Part shown: positions 47,463-57,275 of the stretch, in pieces | Numbering within the stretch: position 1 is the first letter of the stretch | Layout: each line of letters begins with the position of its first letter | Assembly: GCA_963668315.1 (NCBI GenBank) | Contig: OY764216.1 | Location: 1,088,001 to 1,152,000, forward strand | Length of the DNA stretch: 64,000 nt | Direction of reading: 5' to 3' | DNA from: Spirochaetia bacterium | Lineage (GTDB): Bacteria > Spirochaetota > Spirochaetia > DSM-2461 | Notes under the pieces: generated by a model | The model's input: the letters and a program-made list of their open reading frames with translations, nothing else | Told to the model about the DNA's origin: nothing | The model's database searches: none | Translations under genes and position numbers: made by a program

Positions 47463-48329
47463 TTAAATCTCAATCCCTATGAATACTCTTACCGCCACTC
47501 CTATGGCGAACGAGAGGGCGGAAACTCCCAGGCTCAAGCCTGCCATTTCCAGAAAATGCCGGACAAAGGAGAGTTCCTTCGCCACGGACAGATAGAAATT
47601 GAACAGGGCGATAATCACCACCGCCGTCAGCAGGGTCACGACCAGGGCCAGGATGAAATTTTCCATGAGAAGGAAGGGAAGCACCAGCAGAATGACGGTG
47701 ACAATATAGGCGAAGCCCGTGTAGATGGAGGCGGTCAGGGCTTTCGCTCCCTTTTCCTGCGCCCGGTGGGAGAGGAATTCCGAAGACGCCATGGAGAGGG
47801 AAGCGGCGATTCCCGTGATCAGTCCGGTTAATGCAATGAGCCGGGTATTCTGGAAGGCGAAGGTGTAGCCGGCCAGGGCCCCCGTGAGTTCCACCAGGGC
47901 GTCGTTCAGCCCCAGGACGATGGAGCCCACGTATTCCAGCCTCTCTTCCTGCAGCATATTCAACAGCTCTTTCTCGTGCTTTTCTTCATCCTTCAGTATC
48001 TGTTCAAGTCCGGGGACTGTATCAATCCGGCTCCCGTACTGCTTCTGCGCTCCCTCCTCCAGCTTTTCCACCATTTTCAGGGTAAAGGTCAGGCCGAGAA
48101 GACGGGCGCAGAATATGACGAATCCGGCATAGAGGCGATTGGGCTTCACATCCACTCCGGACAGTCTATGGAAAATCTCGTAATGGCTTTTTTCATCCCG
48201 GGAAAACTGCGCCAGGAGGCGGCTGTTTTTTTCGTCCTTTTCCATTCGTGCCAGTTTGCTGTAGAAAAGGCTGGCGGTTATCTCTTCTTTCTGGAAGCTG
48301 ATGAGCATTTTTCTTGTTTTCTGATCCAT
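47463..48329 (-). CDS. Rubrerythrin/ferritin-like + VIT1/CCC1 membrane protein (MbfA-like metal exporter)
   Basis: E..EKSH and E..EEKH diiron motifs; VLGLNDALVE, SLSMASSEFL. Confidence 0.85.
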   Translation of the reverse strand: MDQKTRKMLISFQKEEITASLFYSKLARMEKDEKNSRLLAQFSRDEKSHYEIFHRLSGVDVKPNRLYAGFVIFCARLLGLTFTLKMVEKLEEGAQKQYGSRIDTVPGLEQILKDEEKHEKELLNMLQEERLEYVGSIVLGLNDALVELTGALAGYTFAFQNTRLIALTGLITGIAASLSMASSEFLSHRAQEKGAKALTASIYTGFAYIVTVILLVLPFLLMENFILALVVTLLTAVVIIALFNFYLSVAKELSFVRHFLEMAGLSLGVSALSFAIGVAVRVFIGIEI

Positions 48330-48463
48330 GTTCTCTCCTGTCGGGCCGTGCCTGATATGATCCCCGGTATGGTTCTATCTTCCTATATTGGGGGTAATCA
48401 ATCAAGAGGAATAAGGATTAAATGTTCCCCTCGGGATATCGGTCCCAGAGCGGAACGTCCTCC

Positions 48464-49369
48464 TTATCTGAGAATCTTGGCCTCAATGCCGAGTGAAAGA
48501 TCCGGCTGCCAATAAAGCCCCGGGACAAACAGGGAGAATCCCGACGAATCATTCCTGCTTCCCGAGAGCCCTCCCCCGCAGAAGAAGGAGAAAACCTCGC
48601 CCGTCCTGACTCCGACTCTCAGTGTCGCACCTGCGGAGTTTTCCGTTTTGGAGAAGGATTGGAATTTCTGGGTCGTTTTCCCTTCCCCTTCAAGATAAAA
48701 CGATTCACTTTCGTATCTGTATCCTGCGGCGAAGGAGGAGGAAAGATATTCGTCAGCGTAATTGTAACCGGCGGACAGGGAGCAATAGTAGCCGCCGAGC
48801 CCGCTCTGAACCGTCAGGTAAGTCGAGCCCGGGGGGCCCGCTTCGGCCCGAAGATTTACCCAGGCGTTCCTGTGGAAATTGAAGAGCCCGAAAGATTTGA
48901 TGTCTTCCCCTGCTGCGAAGTTGAAAACCCCTATCTGCTTGCCTTCTCCGGTCGATGCAATGTTGAATATTCCGATCTGAGTTCCTGTCAGCTCTCCCGT
49001 CAGGTTCAGTACTCCCGCGATCTGGGTGCCATAGGTCTTTCTCGCATAGTTTAGGCAGCAGATCTGGACACCTTTCAGATCACCCGTTTCGTTAAGTACC
49101 CCGGACAACTGCAGGCCTTCGGTTTTTTGGGCCCAGGAAACTCCCGTAGAGAGATGGAGACCGTGAACATAATCTGCCTCCGAAGCGACCATGCCCAGGC
49201 ATATTCCGGTAGCTTCCCTCACCCCACTATATATGGGTACAGGTACGAACTGAAAGATAATAGGCCTTTCCACAGTAATTTCATTTTCTGTCTCAGCCGA
49301 GCCCATAACAGCCGCCGTAAGATAAATAATCGCCAGTATCATCAGGTTTTTACTGTCAGGTAACTTCAT
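48464..49369 (-). CDS. Secreted LA_2272-type (GxQ-xG-xN) repeat protein with a C-terminal beta-rich domain
   Basis: Signal peptide; GLQLSGVLN, GVQICCLN, GTQIAGVLN, GTQIGIFN, GKQIGVFN. Confidence 0.65.
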   Translation of the reverse strand: MKLPDSKNLMILAIIYLTAAVMGSAETENEITVERPIIFQFVPVPIYSGVREATGICLGMVASEADYVHGLHLSTGVSWAQKTEGLQLSGVLNETGDLKGVQICCLNYARKTYGTQIAGVLNLTGELTGTQIGIFNIASTGEGKQIGVFNFAAGEDIKSFGLFNFHRNAWVNLRAEAGPPGSTYLTVQSGLGGYYCSLSAGYNYADEYLSSSFAAGYRYESESFYLEGEGKTTQKFQSFSKTENSAGATLRVGVRTGEVFSFFCGGGLSGSRNDSSGFSLFVPGLYWQPDLSLGIEAKILR

Positions 49370-50265
49370 TTAGAAAGCACCCTTACCTTTCCGTCTCCCG
49401 AATGGGCTGCAAGAGTATTCTGGGAAGTCCCAATTTGGCCTTCCAGCCTGTGGGAGTCATATATGGTAACCGGGCCGATGGCGGGCAGATCTGTTCCGAC
49501 CGATCCCAACGCGCTGGAGAGGCTGAGGTCAAGCTGGGAGTCCGCCGGGACAAATACTGTGATTTTCCCCAACTTCGACACCAGCCGGGAAGTTCCGCTG
49601 TATTCTGAGAAATCGATGAGGATATTGCCGTCCGCCGTTTCAGCGTCAACGGATCCCGTTATATTCCGGGCGGTTATCTTTCCCAGTTTTCCCCTTAATC
49701 TCCAGGTCCCGGCGCTGACATTGTCGGCTTCGAAATTTGAATCGGCTCCCATGGACATTTCCACCGCTCTGAACTCCGAGTCGGTAACCGTCAGATTCGC
49801 CTTTTGCATGTTGACGGTCAGCGTCCCGGTCCTAAGCTCCTCAATGCTTGTTGGCACAGAAAAATCCTTAAGCTCCAATTCCCCTTCCCACGTTTCGGGA
49901 ACGAGAATGGTAATCTCAATTGCCCCGATACGTATGCCAATGCCGAATGAATCCACCGGGGAAAGGGATACCGCAGCCTCGCTTCCCCGGCGGGCGTGGG
50001 TCACGGCCAGGGGGGTAATGCGTCCCAGGGAGCGGCGGCCTTTCTGGATTACGGCCAGTTCATCCCCCTCCCAGCTTTTTACCGTAGCGGTTGTCGTTAC
50101 GATGTTCACGCCCAGCCGGACTTCCTCAAGACTATCTCCGTTCACTACGATTTTTTCCAAACCGTTAATCGGTATGCGTGTCTCTTTATCGATAGACTCA
50201 GCGGAAAGCGGATAGAGCAGCAAGAATCCGAATAACAGTACTTGTCCTAAAAATGCTTTGGCCAT
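49366..50265 (-). CDS. Secreted DUF4097/putative-adhesin beta-strand repeat protein
   Basis: Start moved to MAKAFL (50265) after SD AGGAGG; signal peptide; ITILVPE, T..GNI, S.LGKI.V.VP, SGDG.V repeats. Confidence 0.7.
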   Translation of the reverse strand: MAKAFLGQVLLFGFLLLYPLSAESIDKETRIPINGLEKIVVNGDSLEEVRLGVNIVTTTATVKSWEGDELAVIQKGRRSLGRITPLAVTHARRGSEAAVSLSPVDSFGIGIRIGAIEITILVPETWEGELELKDFSVPTSIEELRTGTLTVNMQKANLTVTDSEFRAVEMSMGADSNFEADNVSAGTWRLRGKLGKITARNITGSVDAETADGNILIDFSEYSGTSRLVSKLGKITVFVPADSQLDLSLSSALGSVGTDLPAIGPVTIYDSHRLEGQIGTSQNTLAAHSGDGKVRVLSK

Positions 50266-50321
50266 AAAGCATCCTCCTGAAATATTTTTCATAAGTCTGC
50301 TCTCTGACCGGCATGCCAGCC

Positions 50322-50373
50322 ATCCTATATTGATGGGATTTTGGGGAAAAGGAGAATCACATGGATATGTGAT
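50322..50373. promoter_or_regulatory. Two 7-4-7 inverted repeats, candidate LuxR-family operators
   Basis: ATCCTAT-ATTG-ATGGGAT (50322-50339) and ATCACAT-GGAT-ATGTGAT (50356-50373). Confidence 0.65.
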
Positions 50374-51326
50374 CAGGATCGGGGATGGTCTCCGCGAAGG
50401 AGATTTATCAGTTCCACTTTGCTGTTCACGTCGGTTTTCCTGTAAATATTCCTGATATGCGTCTGAACGGTTGCCAGGGAGATGCAAAGCTTATCCGCAA
50501 TATCCTTATACCCTTCGCCGTTAATCAGAAGGTGGATAACCTCTTCTTCTCTCGGGCTGATGGCGCAGGACTTGAGGAGTGCCGGATCGATTCTGGCCGA
50601 TGAGTCCATCTTTCGGGTTGTGGAGCTAAGTGTGAAAACCGTAAGCAGTGTGGACACGATCAGGGCATAGGCGGGCAGTACATGGAAAATACTCAGATCT
50701 CTCTGGAAATGCAGTTTACTCCAGAGGCCGTAAAGAATATCGATGAGGAATACGGCGACAATAATCAAAAGGCCTAGAGAGAACATGATGGCTTTGAGGC
50801 TGCGGTGCCGGGGCTGCCACGAAAGGACTAATGAAGTAAGGGCATAGATGGAAGAAGCCATGAAGGAGAGAAATAGGGCGAGCTGGAGAAGGCCGGTGAT
50901 CAAATCGATGGGCGAAGACAGAAAAAGGGGCGTAGCCCTCAGGAATTGCCCTCCCCCATAGAGAATGAATAGGGGGAATATGGGAAAGGCAAGAAGGGGC
51001 GGAGCTTTTCTGTCGCCGCTCCCGGGAAAGACGGCGGCGGGGATGAAAAGGAAGGAAAAGGATGAAGCTGTCAAGCCCAGAAAGAAGGTGAATTGGAAAA
51101 GCTGATAATACCTGCTTTCCGTTTCAAAGGCCTTTTGGTAATAAGCGAATATTACAAGAGAGACAGAGAGTACCATGAAGAGGAGGGAAATCTCCGTGAA
51201 GAGGATAATGCGGAAGGGGCGCCTGCCGTACCTTGCTGCCGCGAGAGCGGAAATCGCCGTTCCCGCGATGATCGCCGTATACGTGATGAACCAGAAAATA
51301 AGCTGTCCGTAGGGCATTGGCTTCAC
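50373..51326 (-). CDS. Membrane-embedded (about 7 TM) LuxR-family HTH regulator
   Basis: Hydrophobic N-terminus; ISPREEEVI.LL..G..YKDIA.KLCIS..TVQTHIRNIYRK. Confidence 0.88.
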   Translation of the reverse strand: MKPMPYGQLIFWFITYTAIIAGTAISALAAARYGRRPFRIILFTEISLLFMVLSVSLVIFAYYQKAFETESRYYQLFQFTFFLGLTASSFSFLFIPAAVFPGSGDRKAPPLLAFPIFPLFILYGGGQFLRATPLFLSSPIDLITGLLQLALFLSFMASSIYALTSLVLSWQPRHRSLKAIMFSLGLLIIVAVFLIDILYGLWSKLHFQRDLSIFHVLPAYALIVSTLLTVFTLSSTTRKMDSSARIDPALLKSCAISPREEEVIHLLINGEGYKDIADKLCISLATVQTHIRNIYRKTDVNSKVELINLLRGDHPRS

Positions 51327-51514
51327 TCCGGATTTGGATTGCTTCCCCGCGGAAGAACGGGGCGCGCGAGTTCATTTTTACATTTCCCGATATTTTATTC
51401 AAGAGACGTAACGGAGGCTTTCAGGAGGGTTTCACGCCGTTGGCACAACTCTGTTGGTGTATTCACACTATTGCTTCTAGTACAATGTCCTATTGCTTGT
51501 TTTGTACTATTTCG

Positions 51515-51547
51515 TTGCGGGATCTGACAAATTGCTTTATAATGTCA
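51515..51547 (+). promoter_or_regulatory. sigma70 promoter of the 2-oxoacid oxidoreductase operon, overlapped by an inverted repeat
   Basis: TTGCGG-17-TATAAT; TGACA-N13-TGTCA spans the spacer and -10. Confidence 0.5.
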
Positions 51548-51644
51548 ATATAAAGCCGTTCCTTTCAGGATCTTTGCAAACCTCCTGCAGAGGGCGGCCG
51601 GCAGCTTCGGCGGCCACTCCGCCGGAGCTTCCCAAGGAGATGTT

Positions 51645-51860
51645 ATGGCTAAAGGAAAAGTCACCTTTATTACGGATAGATGCAAGGGCTGCGGTCTCTG
51701 CGTGAATGCCTGCCCCAAGGGCATTCTGGAAATTGACCGGAGCATAATCAATAAGAAAGGATATCAGCCGGCGCACATTGCGCGCCCCGATGAATGTATC
51801 GGCTGCGCGGCCTGCGCTCTCATGTGTCCCGATCAGGTTATTACGGTGGAAAGGGAGTAG
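51645..51860 (+). CDS. 2x[4Fe-4S] ferredoxin-like delta subunit of 2-oxoacid:ferredoxin oxidoreductase
   Basis: CKGCGLCVNACP, CIGCAACALMCP. Confidence 0.92.
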   Translation: MAKGKVTFITDRCKGCGLCVNACPKGILEIDRSIINKKGYQPAHIARPDECIGCAACALMCPDQVITVERE

Positions 51861-51863
51861 GCT

Positions 51864-52931
51864 ATGGCAAAAGTATTAATGAAAGGAAACGAAGCGGTGG
51901 GAGCCGCTGCGATCAAGGCGGGATGCCGCCTCTTCTGCGGTTATCCCATAACGCCCCAGAACGAGATCCCCGAGTATATGTCCCGTGAGCTTCCCAAGGT
52001 GGGCGGCACATTCATTCAGGCCGAGAGCGAAGTGGCCGCCATCAATATGGTGTACGGGGCCGCCGGTGCGGGAGCCCGGGTCATGACCTCCTCCTCCAGC
52101 CCGGGAATCGCCCTCAAGCAGGAGGGCATCAGCTATATCGCCGGTGCCGAGCTGCCCTGCGTCATCGTGAATATGATGCGCTGCGGGCCGGGACTGGGGG
52201 GCATTCAGCCCGGACAGGCCGATTACTACCAGGTGACTCGGGGCGGAGGCAACGGCGACTACAACATGCCCGTCTACGCACCCTATTCGATACAGGAGAT
52301 GGTGGATATCATCTCCGACGCCTTTGATCTGGCCGATAAGTACCGCACTCCCGTCATGATCTGCGGCGACGGCATGCTGGGACAGATGATGGAGGCGGTA
52401 GAGTTTCCTGATAAGGATGTTCCTGTTCCCGCACCGGAGGATAAAGCCTGGGCAACCACCGGAACGAAGGGTAAGCGCAAGCCGAATATCATCAACTCCC
52501 TCGACATAATTCCGGAGAGCCTGGAAGACCACTGCCTGGCCCTGGACGCCAAATGGCAGAAGATAAAGAAAGAGGAGTGCCGCGTCGAGCTGATCGGCGT
52601 GGAGGATGCGGATATCGTCATAACCGCCTACGGAACCATGGCCCGTATCGCCATGAACGCCCGCAAGGCGCTGGCCGAAGAGGGCATCAAGATGGGAATC
52701 ATACGTCCCATTACGATATGGCCCTATCCTTACCACGCCTTCGACGGCATAGGTAAGGACTGCAAGGCCGTCCTGTGTGTGGAAATGAGCATGGGGCAGA
52801 TGCTGGATGATGTGAAAATTGGCGTGAGCGGACGTTACCCCGTACATTTTTACGGCCGCACGGGCGGGATCGTTCCCCTGCAGGAAGAGATCGTCGAAGA
52901 AGTGAAGAAAATATTGGGAGGTGCCCAATGA
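51864..52931 (+). CDS. vorB: 2-oxoacid:ferredoxin oxidoreductase alpha subunit (VorB type, branched-chain 2-oxoacids)
   Basis: MKGNEA, GYPITPQ, QAESE, TSSSSPG, GPGLG. Confidence 0.85.
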   Translation: MAKVLMKGNEAVGAAAIKAGCRLFCGYPITPQNEIPEYMSRELPKVGGTFIQAESEVAAINMVYGAAGAGARVMTSSSSPGIALKQEGISYIAGAELPCVIVNMMRCGPGLGGIQPGQADYYQVTRGGGNGDYNMPVYAPYSIQEMVDIISDAFDLADKYRTPVMICGDGMLGQMMEAVEFPDKDVPVPAPEDKAWATTGTKGKRKPNIINSLDIIPESLEDHCLALDAKWQKIKKEECRVELIGVEDADIVITAYGTMARIAMNARKALAEEGIKMGIIRPITIWPYPYHAFDGIGKDCKAVLCVEMSMGQMLDDVKIGVSGRYPVHFYGRTGGIVPLQEEIVEEVKKILGGAQ

Positions 52932-53671
52932 GTACCGTTTTTTCTAGAACCGAGGGGCTGGTAGACACCCCCACCCACTACTGTCCCGGGTGTACCCACG
53001 GGATCATACACAGGCTGATAGGCGAAACCCTGGAAGAACTGGGCGTTCTGGGCCATGCGGTGGGCATCGCCCCCGTGGGATGCGCCGTCTTCGCCTACGA
53101 CTACTTCAACTGCGACATGCAGGAAGCGGCCCACGGCCGGGCGCCGGCCGTAGCCACCGGCATCAAGCGCACCCTGCCGGGCAACGTGGTCTTCACCTAT
53201 CAGGGAGACGGAGACCTGGCCGCCATCGGTACGGCCGAGACGGTCCACGCCGCCGCCAGGGGCGAAAACATCACGGTTATATTTGTCAATAACGCCATAT
53301 ACGGCATGACCGGAGGCCAAATGGCGCCCACCACTCTGGTGGGACAGAAATCCACCACCAGTCCCCTGGGACGGAAAAAGGAACTCCAGGGAAGCCCCAT
53401 ACGCATGTGCGAAATGCTGGCCACCCTGGACGGCCCGGCCTTTCTGGAACGGGTCTCCGTGCATAATCCGGCCAACGTCAGAAAAGCCAAGAAAGCCATC
53501 AAATCCGCTTTCGAAGCCCAGATCGCCAAAAAAGGGTTCTCCATGGTCGAAGTGCTCTCCACCTGTCCCACCAACTGGGGAATGAGCCCGGTGAAATCTC
53601 TTGAATGGCTGGAAGAGAACATGATGCCCTATTATCCTCTGGGAAATTATAAGAACTGGGAGGAAGAGTAA
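52928..53671 (+). CDS. 2-oxoacid:ferredoxin oxidoreductase beta (TPP-binding) subunit
   Basis: YCPGC.HG, VGC, HGRA, GDGD...[15 protein letters not shown]. Confidence 0.9.
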   Translation: MSTVFSRTEGLVDTPTHYCPGCTHGIIHRLIGETLEELGVLGHAVGIAPVGCAVFAYDYFNCDMQEAAHGRAPAVATGIKRTLPGNVVFTYQGDGDLAAIGTAETVHAAARGENITVIFVNNAIYGMTGGQMAPTTLVGQKSTTSPLGRKKELQGSPIRMCEMLATLDGPAFLERVSVHNPANVRKAKKAIKSAFEAQIAKKGFSMVEVLSTCPTNWGMSPVKSLEWLEENMMPYYPLGNYKNWEEE

Positions 53672-54219
53672 TGGGAAAGTCGATTAACGAAGAGATCATT
53701 ATAGCCGGTTTCGGCGGTCAGGGCGTCCTGTCCATGGGAATGCTTCTGGTTTACGCCGGAATGGTGGAAGGGAAAAACGTCTCATGGCTTCCCAGCTACG
53801 GCCCCGAAATGCGCGGTGGCACGGCCAACTGCAATGTCATCATTTCCGACGATATGGTGGGAAGCCCTGTTATATCCCAGGCGGATACCCTCATTGCCAT
53901 GAATCTTCCCTCTCTGGAGAAATTCGAATCCCGGGTTAAACCGGGCGGGAGAATCCTGGTAAACAGCGATCTGATCGATAAAAAGGTATCCCGTACCGAT
54001 GTGGAAGTATCCTACCTGCCGGTCAATACGACGGCCATGGCGGGCGGCGGATCGGACAAGGCGGCGAATGTGGTCATGCTGGGGGCTTATACGGCCTTAA
54101 CAGGATTCCCCGGAAAAGAAGCGGTTTTCCAGGCCTTTCATAAGGTCTTCGGAGAGAAGAAAGCCCATCTTATCCCCATGAACGAGGAAGCCTTTAACGA
54201 AGGGGCCGGACTGATTTAA
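53671..54219 (+). CDS. 2-oxoacid:ferredoxin oxidoreductase gamma subunit
   Basis: AGFGGQG, PSYGPEMRGG, NVVMLGA. Confidence 0.9.
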   Translation: MGKSINEEIIIAGFGGQGVLSMGMLLVYAGMVEGKNVSWLPSYGPEMRGGTANCNVIISDDMVGSPVISQADTLIAMNLPSLEKFESRVKPGGRILVNSDLIDKKVSRTDVEVSYLPVNTTAMAGGGSDKAANVVMLGAYTALTGFPGKEAVFQAFHKVFGEKKAHLIPMNEEAFNEGAGLI

Positions 54220-54242
54220 GCCGTGAATAGACCATTCGGGCG

Positions 54243-54276
54243 AAAAGGACAGGGTTATATCTCCTGTCCTTTTTTT
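54243..54276 (+). terminator. Rho-independent terminator
   Basis: AAAAGGACAGG-9 nt-CCTGTCCTTTTTTT. Confidence 0.85.
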
Positions 54277-54279
54277 ATT

Positions 54280-54308
54280 TTGTCTTTTTTCTTAATATGA
54301 GGTATAAC
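54280..54308 (+). promoter_or_regulatory. sigma70-type promoter upstream of the OmpA-domain gene
   Basis: TTGTCT-17-TATAAC. Confidence 0.5.
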
Positions 54309-54377
54309 CTATAGTTAGGAGAGAAAAATGAAACGCCCCGTCCAGATCCCCCTCTTCAGGGGAAAAAGGAATAAAAA

Positions 54378-55271
54378 ATGAAAAAAGTGTTATTATCTGC
54401 CGTTCTGCTTCTCGTTCAGCTTTCTGTCTGGGCTAAAGCTCCCGAATGGGTGACCCATCTTCCTTTTACGGAGGATGCTTTCTGGGGAGTCGGTTCGGGA
54501 GAGTCTCTGGAAATCGCCGTGGACAAAGGAAAGCAGGATATACTCATGCAGCTGTGCAGCCAGGTCGAAGCGGTGATTTCCATGGAAACGCGCAGCGACG
54601 GAGGCGAAGAAAGGGTAACGGAAAAACTGGATGCCGTGATCGGCGGCAATTCGCTCCGGGGAGCCTCGGTTGAATCGACCTACGAAGAGGACGGCCGCTA
54701 CTGGGTTCTGATGAAGTACTGCGACGATTGCGGGCAGATGCTCGTAGGAAGCGCCCTGCAGTGTTTTGAGGATGAGCTGAGTTCCGATGTGGAGGATATT
54801 ATGGTCCGCTTCGAGGATAAGACGACCTTTCAGGCCGTCATGCTGGAACGGAGACTTCAAGAGCTGAGTCTGGAAGATTACCGGTCCGATGATCTCTCCC
54901 TTATCCTGGATGGGAAGCAGATCGTGATCATGATCATGAATTTCCTTCCCAATGACGATACCCTGACCCCATCCCAGGAGGAAGGGCTGGCCCAGCTGAG
55001 CCGAGGGCTTCTTTCCGAGCTGGAGAGCATGAATTACACCGGTGTTTCCATCGTGGGCCATGCCAATCCCATGGGGGAGGCCGATGAAGAGGCGGAATTG
55101 AGGGAACTGTCCCGTAAAAGAGCCCAGACAATGGCCGATTTCCTCCGGGCCGCGGGTGTCGTCGTTTCCGATGTCTCCTGGAGGGGGGGAGAGGAGAGGA
55201 TTGCCGATGGTTCCACCAAGAAAGGCCGCAGCCGCAACAGGCGGGTCGAAATCTTTGTCGAGTTCGAGTAG
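54378..55271 (+). CDS. Secreted protein with LPP20-like N-terminal domain and C-terminal OmpA-like domain
   Basis: Signal peptide; APEWV..FWGVG; IVGH...LS..RA....L...RNRRVEI. Confidence 0.75.
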   Translation: MKKVLLSAVLLLVQLSVWAKAPEWVTHLPFTEDAFWGVGSGESLEIAVDKGKQDILMQLCSQVEAVISMETRSDGGEERVTEKLDAVIGGNSLRGASVESTYEEDGRYWVLMKYCDDCGQMLVGSALQCFEDELSSDVEDIMVRFEDKTTFQAVMLERRLQELSLEDYRSDDLSLILDGKQIVIMIMNFLPNDDTLTPSQEEGLAQLSRGLLSELESMNYTGVSIVGHANPMGEADEEAELRELSRKRAQTMADFLRAAGVVVSDVSWRGGEERIADGSTKKGRSRNRRVEIFVEFE

Positions 55272-55286
55272 GGGGAAGGGGCTCCT

Positions 55287-56063
55287 CTAGAAGAACATTC
55301 TCACCGTGCCGAAGATGGTTACCAGAATGATCAGAAGGCGGAAGAGCTTATCCGGGATTTTATTCAGCAGAGCGAATCCCAGGGCGATTCCTACAAATAC
55401 CATGGGAACCAGGGTCAGGGAGAGCCGCAGGGTATCCTCTTTGATCGTATTCCAGAAGAAGATGTGAATGGGAAGCTTAAGCACATTCACAATGAAGAAG
55501 AACACTGCTCCCGTGCCGATGAATATTTTCTTGGGAAGATCCAGAGCCAGCAGATAGGCCGCCATAATCGGTCCGGGGGCGTTCCCCAGCATGGAGGAAA
55601 TTCCCCCCAGCAGTCCCGCTCCGTAGTGGATCAGCCTGTTGTCGGGGAGTTTGAGGTCGGAACCGTTGATCTCCTTCCAGATCATGAATACCAGGCAGAT
55701 GGATACGATAACCGCCAGGATAAGGAGAAAAATCCTGTCCGGAACAATATTGCCCAGCAGCATGCCCGCAATCAATCCTATAATGGCCATGGGAAGCATC
55801 TTCTTCAGATAAGAGAAGCCCACATGCCCGCGGTAGATGATGAGGGAGCAGATGTCCCCGACGACCAGCATGGGAAGGATGACGCCCGTTGAAACCCGGG
55901 CGCCCAGAGCATTGGCGAAAAGGGGAATCGCAATTATTCCGATCCCCCTGAGTCCTGCCTTGTCCATTCCCATGAACATCGTCCCAACTGCCAGAATCAG
56001 CCACTGACTGAGTGTGGGAGATCCGGGCAATCGGGATAGAAAATCGGAAAAAATATCCAGCAT
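55287..56063 (-). CDS. TSUP/TauE/SafE family (sulfite exporter-like) membrane protein
   Basis: GMDKAG..G, LPML..GD, GNAPGP, FIGT...FF..N..K.P; about 8 TM. Confidence 0.82.
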   Translation of the reverse strand: MLDIFSDFLSRLPGSPTLSQWLILAVGTMFMGMDKAGLRGIGIIAIPLFANALGARVSTGVILPMLVVGDICSLIIYRGHVGFSYLKKMLPMAIIGLIAGMLLGNIVPDRIFLLILAVIVSICLVFMIWKEINGSDLKLPDNRLIHYGAGLLGGISSMLGNAPGPIMAAYLLALDLPKKIFIGTGAVFFFIVNVLKLPIHIFFWNTIKEDTLRLSLTLVPMVFVGIALGFALLNKIPDKLFRLLIILVTIFGTVRMFF

Positions 56064-57253
56064 TATTTGCCTAGCGAGTCCAGAAGGTCCAGACCGCTGA
56101 AGACGAAAAAGCCGATACCCACGGGAAAGGATTCCTCATCCACATCAAAGAGGGGATGGTGGTTGGCATACACAATGCCCTTTTCCTCGTTGCCCGCACC
56201 CAGAGTAATAAACGTACCGGGAGCCTTATCCAGATAGGCCGAGAAATCCTCTCCTCCCATCATCTGTTTGGCGGGGATTATGGCGGATTCCCCGTAGACT
56301 CTGGTCATGGTTTTCTTCACCGAATCGGTGGTTTCCTGGTCATTGATTACCGCTTTGTAGGTAAACTCGAAGGAGATCTCATACTCCGCTCCGTGGGCAT
56401 CGGTCACGCCTTTGACAATCCGCTCGATGAAGGGGGGGATCTTTTCCCGGAAATCTTCGGTGACGCCCCGCCCGTTGAGGCCGATAACGGCATAGTCGGG
56501 AATCACATTGAAAGCTTCCCCGGGGGTATTGAACCGGGTGGCGCCCAGGACGAGGGGTTCGAAGGCTCCGGAATACCGGGCAACCACGTGCTGAATATTC
56601 AGAACAACCTGGGCTCCGATGGAAACGGGGTCTATACAGTGTTCGGGCATGGAGGAGTGGCCGCCCTTGCCCTTGATTTTTATTTCGCAGTTCATTCCGT
56701 CCGCCGTCATGGCGCCGTAGCCGATACCGATCTGTCCGCAGGGATTCATGGGGCTGATATGAAGACCGATGACCCGGTCAACGCCTTCCATCACGCCGGC
56801 GTCCACCATCTGGGAGGCTCCTCCGGGGGGAAGTTCTTCGGCATGCTGGAAGAAAAAGCGGAACTCGCCTTTAATCTGATCCTTCATTCCCGAAAGAATC
56901 TTGGCGGCACCCAGCAGCATGGCCGCATGGGTATCGTGTCCGCAGGCGTGCATGGCGCCGTCATTGGCCGAGGCGTAGTCGGCCGTGCTGTTCTCCTGCA
57001 TGGCCAGGGCGTCGATGTCGGCGCGCATGGCCACAACGGGACCGGAGGGGTCGCCGATAAGACGGGCCATGACGCTGGTTTCCGTCGGTCTGGAGAGTTC
57101 AAAGTTTCCGAAAGATTCAAGCTTCTCATAGATAAACTTGGATGTTTCGAACTCTTTGAACGAGAGCTCGGGGTTCTTATGAATATGCCGTCTCCATGCG
57201 ATTACGTCATCTTTGATAGATTCAATTGCTTCTTGTAATTCTTTATCTGACAT
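56063..57253 (-). CDS. M20D family amidohydrolase
   Basis: RRHIHKNPELSFKE, RADIDAL, MHACGHD.H, QHAEE, GGH, GEDF, HHP.F. Confidence 0.92.
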   Translation of the reverse strand: MSDKELQEAIESIKDDVIAWRRHIHKNPELSFKEFETSKFIYEKLESFGNFELSRPTETSVMARLIGDPSGPVVAMRADIDALAMQENSTADYASANDGAMHACGHDTHAAMLLGAAKILSGMKDQIKGEFRFFFQHAEELPPGGASQMVDAGVMEGVDRVIGLHISPMNPCGQIGIGYGAMTADGMNCEIKIKGKGGHSSMPEHCIDPVSIGAQVVLNIQHVVARYSGAFEPLVLGATRFNTPGEAFNVIPDYAVIGLNGRGVTEDFREKIPPFIERIVKGVTDAHGAEYEISFEFTYKAVINDQETTDSVKKTMTRVYGESAIIPAKQMMGGEDFSAYLDKAPGTFITLGAGNEEKGIVYANHHPLFDVDEESFPVGIGFFVFSGLDLLDSLGK

Positions 57254-57275
57254 CGTTGTTATCCTATATTAATGA

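Noticed and set aside
50266..50487. N-terminal extensions in the ORF track (also 2182-2268, 13126-13233, 37207-37227)
   Set aside because: Downstream starts fit better (SD spacing, signal-peptide position or a coupled ATGA overlap) and mostly avoid overlap with neighbouring genes.
51440..51457. TTGGCAC resembling a sigma54 -24 element before the oxidoreductase operon
   Set aside because: No GC at the -12 position (GG-N10-TT); a sigma70-type promoter fits downstream.
51451..51468. Possible Rex box (CTGTTGGTGTATTCACAC)
   Set aside because: Only the right half-site matches TTGTGAA-N4-TTCACAA.
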